From assembly GCF_000281045.1 (NCBI RefSeq), contig NW_008246083.1:570186-634185 (forward strand): a stretch of 64,000 nucleotides of DNA, given 5' to 3'. Both the position numbers and the translations under genes were made by a program. Below the pieces are notes generated by a model. That model did no database searches and was not told where the DNA came from. It worked only from the letters and a program-made list of their open reading frames with translations. The stretch comes from Saprolegnia diclina VS20. Lineage: Eukaryota. Of this stretch, positions 1 to 10,406 are shown piece by piece. The first letter of the stretch is position 1; the number at the start of each line of letters is the position of its first letter.

Positions 1-1165
1 ATTATGGCATCGTAACCCCTGCACTCCTGTGGTTTCTATTCTAACGACGTCCTCGACGCCCCGGAACAGTAGGGTACACGAGGACTCGAATCTGAAGATC
101 TACCCTGTGAAGAACGCAACTCCACACGTTCGTTCGCCAACTCGAAGACCTCGACTCTTCGTTGGTTTTTGGCCGTTGGATCCCTTCACCGGTAGATCCG
201 AGTGGTTTTCACCAGCCCTCGTGGCGGTTTCCACTCACGAGGATGGTTCTTTTTCCTTTCTTCACTGGAAGGTTTTTACCACTCGACCTCACTATACCAG
301 TCTCCGTAATATCAATATATTCCGGAGCAGGTCGTGAGCAGCCTTCGTGGCCTCACTTCCACTTCCTGCCTCTCGGACACACTCCTCATCGGGTGTGCGG
401 TTCTGGTTCTTCCTCTTCTTCCTCTTTCTCTCTGCCGAGTGCTTCACTAGCCCAGCTGCTAGTTTGTTATACCCGAGGTCACTACCGGGAATGCAGTTGC
501 CGCGACTGTGGCACTCAGCCTCCCGGATTCCCAAGCAAAAATGCCAACGCCAGGACCTCTGGCTTTATATTTGGCTGCGCTTGAACACACATGTACGGTA
601 TCCACGCGCAGGTGTTTAGTAGAGCCACGAGCCTACCCACCCACTCTCCAACCAAGATTCGTAAAAGGTTGTGCCGGACGTCAGCATTTTCTGTGGGCTG
701 GACGTCACTGGCTGGACGTGAACTTTTTGCGGGGCCTTGCTCCTACCAGCTGCCTCGTTTGGCAAGGAGGTGAGCGTAGAAGTGTGGGATAAGAACACGC
801 AACCAAAAGAAACTGTTGAGTAGATCAATGAAGCGATATGTGAAGTCGCCAGCGTCGATTGGACGACAACGAGGAAGCCATTGTCGGCGATGCGGTCCCA
901 TGACTTCGGTTCAGTATCAGGACTAGTAGAGGTGCCAGGCGGTGCCTGCTATTCGCTTATCCAAGTACCTCGCGACGTAGTTACGCGTATGTCTCTGTTG
1001 CGATTAGTGCCGAATGTACTTTCTAAGCGAACACAGAGGCGGAGAGTAGGTTTAGGCTCAAAAATGCGGTTGCATCTACTAATCGCGGGCGCGTAATTAC
1101 GTGACAGGGCAGTACGTTGATCGGCTGCTGGAGGCCCTTGATATCGCTCAGTGTTTGATTGTACC

Positions 1166-1630
1166 ATGGCCATCCTCGTCTCGGCACACCAGCGTGACGA
1201 CGCTCTGCACCCGGCGCCGACGTGCACAGAGCCCGTATGTCAACACTGCGCCAAGAAGCCCAAGCTGGGCGATTCTCCGAGCAAAGATGCCTCTACTGCA
1301 AGCAAGCCGAGTCCGATACACAGAGCACCAATGCCACCACGCCCGCCAAGTCCCGTACTTCGACCCACGACAGACAGCAGCGTTTCCCTCGAGAGCTTTT
1401 GGACCGACGACATTCCGCAAGAGACTATCGAGAACGTCGAAGACGAGATTCGAAGCTGGCGCAACGCCATCTTGCGGGGCGAGACGCCCGACACGTTGGA
1501 ATCGTGTGAGCGATGGGAGATCATTGATGACGGCGACGGCGGCGACCCAACCTTTCACGATTGCATCGAGTTCCTCTTGGATGCTATGTTGAGCCCGGAC
1601 AGAGGGCCGCGACCCGTTGCTAGCATATAA
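1166..1630 (+). CDS. Hypothetical protein (CxxxxCxHC-like N-terminus, Pro/Ser linker, acidic C-terminus)
   Basis: Intact ORF from ATG 1166 with protein-like composition (CTEPVCQHC; acidic tail ending FHDCIEFLLDAML). No family recognised. Confidence 0.5.
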   Translation: MAILVSAHQRDDALHPAPTCTEPVCQHCAKKPKLGDSPSKDASTASKPSPIHRAPMPPRPPSPVLRPTTDSSVSLESFWTDDIPQETIENVEDEIRSWRNAILRGETPDTLESCERWEIIDDGDGGDPTFHDCIEFLLDAMLSPDRGPRPVASI

Positions 1631-2522
1631 TGATGTCCGATTTAATTTATCGAGCCTAGTCCTCGTGCCACTTTGAAAATTTGATGCGTGCAACTCGAGT
1701 GCCAACCTGGTGTAGACATACCAATTTGATGTTTGGACTCGAGAGCGTTTGCTGTGGTGGAAGAGTGGACCCTAAAAGACTAATTGAATAAGGGTCATGG
1801 TTATGGCACACTCGACAAACTCGATATAACGTGCGTGGGAGCTATGCGCGGGGGATGTTGGCACAGCAGCCACTATACAAGCAGAGCTGACCGCATCTGT
1901 CTACTTTACAGCAAGAAATTTGCGTCGAATACTATGGTAAACATATTGTGCACATGTGCCACATGTATGCTACGCAACTCTGTCGTGGCACGCCAGCAGA
2001 GAGCCTCCGCGGCCTCCACGATTCGAAAATACGTCTCCGGTTTAGTATCCGATTTGCACTCCATAACAGTGCGTGCTAGTGTACTTAGTCGCTTGTCGAT
2101 CGAGGTTTCCATGCGTCGCACATCGTCAAGGGACGAGGCGTCGTGCACCTCGATACCATTTTTGCATCGGTTGCCTTCGGCCGGGTTCTTGCTCGCAGGG
2201 ATGTGGCGCCAAACTTCGCGGAATGTCGCTGCGTGCGAAACAACAACCGCATCTAGATACTCTATTGGACCAGAGGAGACTGTACTTCCCGTACGTAGCA
2301 CCCAAGAACGGCCCGCGAAGCGACCTCGCCCTTCGAATCACAATCACCCCGCAGTCTTCTTTTGCAATTTCAACCGCCAATCAAATGCGTCCTCCAACGT
2401 AGATTGATGGTCTCCAAAGTACGATGCTGGTCTGTAGCCCATCATTCCGCATTTGCACCCGCGATGTAGCGTGGCGTCATTACTCAATCTCTGCTCTCCA
2501 GACCATCACCATCGTCACCATC

Positions 2523-3068
2523 ATGTCGTCGACTGTATGCTGCTTTAACGGCTGCCTTAACGCACCGCTTGCGCCGTCGGACAAGTGCGTCTTCCATCGC
2601 AACCGCGCCCAGTGCCTCGTCGACGGCTGCGTCAACCAAGTCTATGCGCGGCACCTTTGTGTCCGCCACGGCGGCAAAAAGACGTGCGCCTTTTCCGAGT
2701 GCACGTCGCATGCGCGTATTGGCAACTACTGCGTGCGCCACAGCAAAGACGCGTCCAAGCAGCTGTGCTCCGAAGATGGCTGCGCCAAGACCGCGCATCG
2801 CCGCCAAAAATGCGTGCGCCATGGCGGTGGTCGGCCGTGTCAAGTCGAAGGCTGCACGACGCATGCGCGGACAGGCGGTTTGTGCTGGCGCCACCGCAAC
2901 CTCGTGCTTCCGACAACCGAGAATGGGTGTCTGCTGGAGGACCACGAGTTTCTCGCTATTTTGGACGAATGGATGACCGCCGAAGAGCACGATGAAATGG
3001 ACGACCAGGTCCTGCTCAACGATCTCCAAGCACTGCTCATGGATGACTCCAGCTTTTTCCTATCGTAA
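2523..3068 (+). CDS. WRKY19-like CCCH zinc-finger repeat protein, copy 1
   Basis: Five C-x4-C-x9/10-C-x2-H units (CFNGC..KCVFH; CLVDGCVNQVYARHLCVRHGG; ...GLCWRH), acidic tail with LAILDEW, intronless. Confidence 0.85.
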   Translation: MSSTVCCFNGCLNAPLAPSDKCVFHRNRAQCLVDGCVNQVYARHLCVRHGGKKTCAFSECTSHARIGNYCVRHSKDASKQLCSEDGCAKTAHRRQKCVRHGGGRPCQVEGCTTHARTGGLCWRHRNLVLPTTENGCLLEDHEFLAILDEWMTAEEHDEMDDQVLLNDLQALLMDDSSFFLS

Positions 3069-4339
3069 ATCATTATCGCCGTATTTAATCCAAATTTTGT
3101 TTGCATTTTTACTGACTATGTAGACAATTGTGTGACGATCCCCTTGCGGTCGTTGCGAATTTGCGTGCTTGTTGCCACACACAGCAAATGACGTACAGTA
3201 TCAGCAGCGTCCCTGGTCACACGGTAACGTGACTAGTAGTAAAATGATTTTACTGGGCGGCGAATAGAACATACACAGTGAACGCGTTGGATTGATTTTT
3301 CGACCGATGCATCCGAGAGGTTTTGCACTAACTTCATTACGTGTCGTTCAGTGCCTCATCCGTAGCCACAAGCGTAGGGCGACGACAGAAGAGTCAGACG
3401 AGCCCCCGCGCCGCCGCCTGCGCAGCCATGGACCGGCAAGCGAATGAAGAAGGAGGAGATTGTGTAATTGCATTCGATCGCCCGTGTTTTCGTCTGCCTG
3501 TGCTCCAAGACTGCCACAAACCACAAGAAAAATACGACGTCCGACGTAAACACTGCATCCGCACCATTCGAACCGCCACACTGTAGGAAGGGGAGGATCG
3601 TGTACACCGTGGGACGCAGTCCCTTGATCCTCAACGACTCGAATGATGTATAGCTCAAAGGCTCTGGACGTTGGATTTTATCGAGTATGCAATAATCAAT
3701 CTCGCGCACCATGGGCGCTACCAAAATCATTCTACTAGTATGTAGCTCTTCGGTCCTCCCAGAAACGTCACCAGTATGCTCGACGGTACCCCCGACTTCT
3801 AAACGGTATCCATGCATCTGTCGACCCTCTTGCACATGGCAGGCGAAAAGAAGATGCGCCAACCGGGATGATCATGGAGCACGGTCGTGGCGTCGTCCTG
3901 TCCACACATTCGCGCAACATATATCACATTGGCTTGCGAGAAAGATACCTCGGATACCCGTTCCTGTCAAAACGCATATGCCATATCAAGTGACAGAGGC
4001 CATATGGTCTTGCCCACATGGCCTTTCTAGTGCGCCACGGCAGTGCTCGGTTTTCACACGGGCAATTACGCTTGCAGACGACCCCGCGCGGGTGCCGCCT
4101 CGCAGGATAGAGACGCCCTTCGTATTGGCACCAGATACGAACGCGACCGACCAACGCTGTGCGGGATGTCCCAGGGACGCGCCGTGTCGCATCATAAGCT
4201 TACAAAATTCACTCGCCGTGCTGACACTGCGGCAGAACCCACCTTGACGTGCATACATGTCCACACATTTGAGCGTATCGCAGGTTCCTTCTTCGAGCAA
4301 CCGACACTTGGTTATTTCCTGTGGCGCGATCCAACGAGA

Positions 4340-4834
4340 ATGGGTGTGTGTGTGTTCAATGGCTGCGCCAAGCCCGCGACCGAGGCCACCGGCAAGTGTG
4401 ACTTTCATCGGGGCCGCGCCAAGTGCATCATCGACGGCTGCGCCAATCAAGTGTACGCGCGGCAGCTCTGTATTCGACACGGAGGCAAGAAGCTCTGCAT
4501 TGCGCCCGGCTGCTCCTCGAACGCGCGGTCGGGCGACTATTGCTGCCGCCACGGCGCCGACAACACCAAGCAGATTTGCTCACAAGCCGGGTGCCACCGC
4601 GTTGCGCATCTCCGACAAAAGTGTGTCCGACACGGCGGCGGGCGACCGTGCCACGTACATGGCTGCACGACGCACGCCCGGGCCGCGGGCTACTGCTGGC
4701 GCCACCGCAAGCGGGCCAACGAAGCGGTGCTGCCTTCGGTCGAGCCGGATGACCTTTGGATGGACGTACTGCAAGAGCTCGCGCGCTCCGACGCTGCCGA
4801 CGAGAACGCAAGCGATTCGAGTAGCTTATGTTGA
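4340..4834 (+). CDS. WRKY19-like CCCH zinc-finger repeat protein, copy 2
   Basis: MGVCVFNGC..., NQVYARQLCIRHGG, YCWRHRKR, acidic tail; ATG at 4340. Confidence 0.85.
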   Translation: MGVCVFNGCAKPATEATGKCDFHRGRAKCIIDGCANQVYARQLCIRHGGKKLCIAPGCSSNARSGDYCCRHGADNTKQICSQAGCHRVAHLRQKCVRHGGGRPCHVHGCTTHARAAGYCWRHRKRANEAVLPSVEPDDLWMDVLQELARSDAADENASDSSSLC

Positions 4835-5782
4835 GGGTATTGGATCGACTTCACGCTATCCCGTCGTTCCATCCATTGGCGTGCGCGGCAACCACCAACC
4901 AGCGCAGTGGTCCGTCACATCGAATGGCGTTCTTTTGGCTGTACGATGGTCAACAGTGCAATGATGCCAGAGACACGAAGAGGGTCTCTAGACAGGTAAC
5001 ACAGTTCGAATGCTCATTTCGCCGTCGTAAGGCTCTGCTTTGTGTGGGCAGCAATGACGCGCGTTGCAGTGGACACTTGACCAAAGTCAAAATTCGCCAC
5101 CAATTTTTTTAAATATGTTGGGACGCAGTGATTGGCCATGACGCACCAATCATTTGCGAGCTTGGATCCTTGTTGTGGTCCGAAGCACAAACCGTTGTAT
5201 CGCCCAAGCGGAATCTCTCGTCGGCGCTATCGTTGGTCCATGGAATCTGCGGTACACCACTGCGAAAGCTCGATAAGCGGCGACCACTGTAAAAGCTGTA
5301 GTTCCTACTGATACATTGTATTGGTGATTCCAAGGCTGAGTTGGTGCAGCAGGGTACGACAAAAAACCCGACTCGTACATTCATGACATGGCACGATACC
5401 AGGCTGCAATGGCGGGTCGAGTGTACTTCTTCAACTGCGCGCCAAAGGGCTGCGCACCAAAGCCTAAGTCGATTCAAAGCAGCGCATTCGTTTTCGTCAT
5501 TTGGTCGAGGCGAGCCACGTTACAAGGCGCCCATGGAGGCGCATGGTGGTCGCCGCGTATAGCTACAAGTGGTATGTGAGCTACTGCAGTACGAGTCCGA
5601 TGTCACTCTCGAAATGGCACCAGGTACCTCCAGTGCGGAAATACGAGTCGGTAGCTATCAGCAAGAGCGGGGCAAGCGACTGCAGAAGGGACTCACTGTT
5701 TATGCTTGGCGTTCACAGCGAATAAAGATTGTTCGTCTCTATTGAGCAAAATACATGCAAATATACTTGTCGTCAGCTGCGA

Positions 5783-6958
5783 TTAACACGCGTGCTTCTT
5801 GGGCACACGGCGAATGCAGTCTGAGTTGAGGTTGTGCAAGAGGTGGTCCGCGAACCGGTCGGCGTTGGCCGCCGAGATATCGGCCGCGTACGTGATACTA
5901 GTGCCAGCCTCCTTGTCAATCTTGGTCCAGCCGTCGACCGTCTTGTTGATGGGCGTGTTGGCCACCACCGAGAGCTTCTCGGTCGCAAACGTCACGAGCG
6001 TCGGGTCGACCATAATGCCGGCAGCGAGCGGGTCCCAAAAGTGGAACGTCTCAAAGAAGCGCGGGCCAAAGCAAATCGACTCGGTGACGTTCATGAGCTT
6101 GGCGACAAACTGCGCGTCCGCGGCGGTCGCGTTGTTGAGGGCATGGAGGTACGCGCGCTCGATCGGGTACTTGTCCGTGACGTCGAGACCCACGAGCTTC
6201 ATGACCTTGGCGGCCGACGACGCAAAGACGTCGCGCGCGGCCTGCGGATCCAAGTAGATGTTGAACTCGGCGACCTTGTTCTCTTCGACGCTCCAGAGGT
6301 TGCCGTGCGTGTTGACGGCGCCGCCCATAACAACGAGGTTGGAGATCTTCTCGAACGTCGCTTGGTCCTTCAGCCGGAGGTGGTTAAGCGTCGTGAACGT
6401 GCCCGTCGAGAGCACTTGGGTCGTGCCAGCGTTGAGGTGCTTCTGCAGCACCTTCCAGCCGTCCTCGAGCGTGTGGGGTTGGTTCAAGTACAAGTCGCGC
6501 GGCGAAAAGAGAAACTGGTCGCGCAGATGCAAGACCGAGTCGACGTCGTTCCGGCCGCAGTCGATCGCCGGCGGCACCGAGTCCTGGTAGACGTCGCCGT
6601 GCGTAGCCTCGTTGACCATGTTGTAGGTCGCACCCGCGCCGACTTCGACACGGCCGGTAAGACCCGCAAACTCGATCGTGCGCATGACGCTCTCAATGCC
6701 TTCGTCCAAGTGCGCCCAGCCGTCACCGTCGACGATGACGGCCGTGACGTTGACCGTCGGCTCCTTGAAGAGGTACAACAGCGCCACAATGTCGTCCATG
6801 TCGGCATCGATGATCGCGATCGTCGGCGTCGCGCCTGGCTGGGTGCACGTGTTGATCGTCTCGACGTCCTCGTTCAAGATGTTGGTCGGCTGGTCAAACT
6901 TGCTGCTAGCAGCAACAAAGCCGGCGGCGAATGCGGCGACGGTAGCGAATAGCTTCAT
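5783..6958 (-). CDS. Secreted nucleoside hydrolase (IU-NH family), probably purine-preferring
   Basis: Signal peptide MKLFATVAAFAAGFVAA; Asp cluster IIDADMDD; LVVMGGA; AEFNIYLDP; LDVT; FWDPLAA. Confidence 0.9.
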   Translation of the reverse strand: MKLFATVAAFAAGFVAASSKFDQPTNILNEDVETINTCTQPGATPTIAIIDADMDDIVALLYLFKEPTVNVTAVIVDGDGWAHLDEGIESVMRTIEFAGLTGRVEVGAGATYNMVNEATHGDVYQDSVPPAIDCGRNDVDSVLHLRDQFLFSPRDLYLNQPHTLEDGWKVLQKHLNAGTTQVLSTGTFTTLNHLRLKDQATFEKISNLVVMGGAVNTHGNLWSVEENKVAEFNIYLDPQAARDVFASSAAKVMKLVGLDVTDKYPIERAYLHALNNATAADAQFVAKLMNVTESICFGPRFFETFHFWDPLAAGIMVDPTLVTFATEKLSVVANTPINKTVDGWTKIDKEAGTSITYAADISAANADRFADHLLHNLNSDCIRRVPKKHAC

Positions 6959-8049
6959 TGTGGAAGACGAGGCAAAAGGAAAAGTGAGTGAACCGATCGT
7001 GCGTCTGCTCTAATGAAGCAACGAGGTCCACGAACGTGTTTGCGAATGTCCTCGATTGCTCTTTTCGAGATGTCCCAGGTGGCGACCCGCGGAAATCGAG
7101 TGGGACAAGCCTCGTGGCGGCGCTCGAACTATTGCACTGGATGGTAGTACCGTTTCGACTCGTATTCATTATTGACCCACGAGCTTTTGAGCACCGTGTG
7201 TTGTGTCGACCGCCTGACAACCGTGCAGAAGGACAACCTGGTGCTCGAACGGTGGCCAACGGCCGGTATGGTCAACAGATGTTGCGGATCTCGGCCCTCT
7301 CTGACTCGACACGACATGAAAGCGACGGTGGCGCTGCCACGTGCGCTAGTCTACAAGTGCAAGCGACTGCAAGTTGCAGATAGTTTCGAAATAGATCGTG
7401 TCACGTGCCCGCCCCTTCCAGTGCTCGAGTGTAGTATTATACTCCTGCGAGACAAAACCAAACAAAAATGGAGGTCAACACGAGCTGGACGGTCGCTGTC
7501 CAAGATCGACACAGGATTTCTGCGCACCCACTGTTACGGTGCCACGGGGTGTCGCGCAGTTCGAACGCTCACCGTCCATTCCCAGCGCCCTTGGATAACC
7601 TTGAACTAGCGTCCTGAGATTTGGAATTCCCACCGACGTGTTACGGGTGCGGTGAAATCGTGTGAGATCCAGCCGCTAAAATTCATGGACAATCCCTGTC
7701 TTGATCCATAGATGAGCTTCAAATAGCAGTCACGCGGCACATGAACACGATGCCGCGTCGTGCTGCAGCTTGGATAGCATAATATCCGAGTGTCCAAGGA
7801 CGGTGCAGACACATTGCTCATACCAGAGCATATAAGTTGCTCGTTTTTCCGAGAACCATCATCAGAATGTCGCCGTCAAAACCATTACGAGGAGCGATGT
7901 GCATCAACTAGAGGCTGCTCGTATCCACATAAACAATGTTGGCGGACGGACACTTGGCAGAGGGCTAGAGCAGTGCACCAGTACACGGTACGAAATTTGA
8001 GACCCGTTCGGCTTCAACGTTCACCTTGATTGCACCGATGCCGTTGCAA

Positions 8050-8135
8050 GGACATGCGCCAAGCCCACGATACGAGGTGCGCACATGGGCGTTGCACAAA
8101 CAAGGCGTACGCAATGTCCGTGCGTACCCCACTCG
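8050..8135 (+). pseudogene. Possible degenerate relic of a WRKY19-like finger gene
   Basis: CAKPT, CAHGRCTNKAYA and CVPH fragments in shifting frames, resembling family CAKP / CxxxGCxNQVYARxLCVRH. Confidence 0.25.
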
Positions 8136-8645
8136 TTTCAAGCGTCAAGCGCGAACCTAGCAACGCAAGAGGCCGTCGGAAGGATATAGAGCGCTCTGCA
8201 CTTGATTTCTCTGCTCGCTGCTCTGCGAGAAACATACTTAATACAGAGAAAATTGTACGTTAAATAGGCATCCTCGTATTTCCAGCGCAAAGGCGACCTT
8301 GATTCGTCGCATCAACCAAGCATCTACGTGAACACTGGCGTTTGAGACCCAGCAAACGACCAACGCGCTGTATCATTGGCCACCTTTTTCGCCAATCACA
8401 TACCATTAAGAAAACATTTTATTAATTAATGCTTCTTAAATATCCGACGAGACCATCAGCGCGCCGTCCGACATAGATCAAGCACATCGCTGGTGCCATC
8501 AGCAAGGCGCTAGAATTGCTTGCTATCGACTTGGCTGCAACCGGAAGGGAACGCCTTCGCGACCGCGTCCAAAGTACGAGTACGTACGTGGCAGCATCGG
8601 CCGAGTATCCGGATAATCATGCCCGTCGACATTTTCGAGAACCTC

Positions 8646-10394
8646 ATGCGCCAGGCCATCATCGGTCGCGCATGGCGCCCGCTCGTCGTCGCCGGCCCGC
8701 TCGCGTCGCTGGCCGTCGCGCACTGCGCAAGCAGCCGCAACGACCTCTCGGACGTACGCCACGCTCATACAACCCAACGCTAATGTCCGCTGCTTTAGAC
8801 TCTGCCAGCAAGCGCGATCCCAACCTTTCTCAAGCACGAGCTCGACGCTGTCCGCGCCGATATGGGCACGAACGCGCCAAAAGTCGCAATCAGCACGCTT
8901 CAGCACACGCACAAGCTAGCGTTCGCCGTGCCGCACGACGCCAGGGACAAGGTGCTGCATGCGTTCGTGACGCAGGTCCATGCCAACGACACGTCGGCCG
9001 CTCTCGAAGTCGTGCCCTCGTCCTCGTACGTCCTTATCTATGTGCTTTTCTCACATCGCCATGTTGTCTATGGCTGCATGTAGCGCGCCGCCGTCGCTTG
9101 ACTATGTTTTTACCGACGGCTCGGGCTCGGTGCAGGTCCGCAACGACCACTTTGTCCTCTTCAAGGACGAGCCAATGACCAAAGGCGACCTCGTCGCGTT
9201 CGCAGCAGCGTACCGCGCATCGAGCGGAGCGCCTTGCACTTGTGTCTCTCGAGCAAAGGCGCTCGAGGACGTGGCCAAGCTCGGGCTCGTCGTCTACGAT
9301 GGCGACGGCGTCTTGACGTGGGATTCACTCGCGGGCTACGACGCGGTCAAGGCCGAGATCCAAGATACCGTCGTCCTTGCGCTGCAAAACCCAGCGCTGT
9401 ACGATGCGATCGCCGAGCGCACGCGCTGTCGGTACGAAGCATCGGTGACACACCCGACGCGACGCGGTCTGTAGGTACGAAAGCAATCGACCCCGCGCCA
9501 TCTTGCTCGAAGGCCCGCCCGGCACGGGCAAGACGCTGAGTGCGCGCATCGTGGCGTCGGTACGTCTTCCTTTGTGGACAAGTTGTCTTGATAATGTTTG
9601 ATATCTTGATACGTAGCAAGCCGGCATTCCGCTCATTCACATTCCGATTGAGAGCCTCGTCTCCAAGTGGTACGGCGAAAGCGAGAAGAAGATGGCGGCC
9701 ATCTTTGACGCGGTCGACCAGCTCGACGGCGCGCTTATCTTTATCGACGAGGTGACGACGCGGTGTCGACGCACTCGATGACAAATGACGCACAATGTAC
9801 CTAGATCGACGCACTCGCGACCGAGCGGGGGTCGGGCAACATGCATGAAGCGACGCGCCGCATGCTCTCGGTGCTCCTCCAAAAGCTCGAAGGGTTCCAG
9901 TCGGCGAAAAAAGGTACAATATTGTCAAAGACATGCCCGCCAAATGCGACTAGTCACGTTGATTGCGGCCACGAACCGCAAGCAAGACCTCGACGCCGCG
10001 TTGCTCAGTCGCTTCAACCTGTGCATCCGGTACGACCTTCCCGACGACGCCACCCGCGCCGCCGTCTTCCAGCGGTATCCCTTACATGTCGCGAACATCT
10101 ATTCCACACGACTGTAGATATGCCAAGCAGTTGTCGCCGACCGACCTCAACACTTTGGCGCACCGCACCAACGGCAAGTCGTGTCGTGACATCAAAGAGG
10201 TATGGATACTGCCTCGCAATCCATTATTGCCTTTTGGTATAATACCATATTGCTAGATTTGCGAATACACTGAACGCAAGTGGGCGTCGACCGTGCTTCG
10301 AAAGAAGCAGTTGGCGACGTCGACGCCGAACGTCGACGCCTATATCGCTGCGATCGACGCGACAACACCCGCCAGTGCATTTGTGGACATTTAA
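8646..10394 (+). CDS. AAA+ ATPase (single AAA domain), multi-exon, possible mitochondrial presequence
   Basis: Exons encode WDSLAGYDAVK, Walker A LLEGPPGTGKT, SKWYGESEK, Walker B FIDE, ATNRKQDLDAALLSRF; many short GT-AG introns; stop TAA 10392-10394. Confidence 0.85.
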
Positions 10395-10406
10395 TGTCCA
10401 ATTTAG

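Noticed and set aside
1..1100. Possible degenerate transposon or gag-like fragment (ERKRKKRK ORF, atypical composition)
   Set aside because: No RT, integrase, transposase or terminal repeat motif could be recognised; only short ORFs.
1784..2407. Overlapping 131-207 aa ORFs
   Set aside because: No motifs, weak codon bias and non-ATG starts; region is upstream of zinc-finger copy 1.
5799..6952. Long + strand ORFs opposite the nucleoside hydrolase (and similar shadow ORFs throughout)
   Set aside because: Antisense shadows caused by GC3-rich codon usage.
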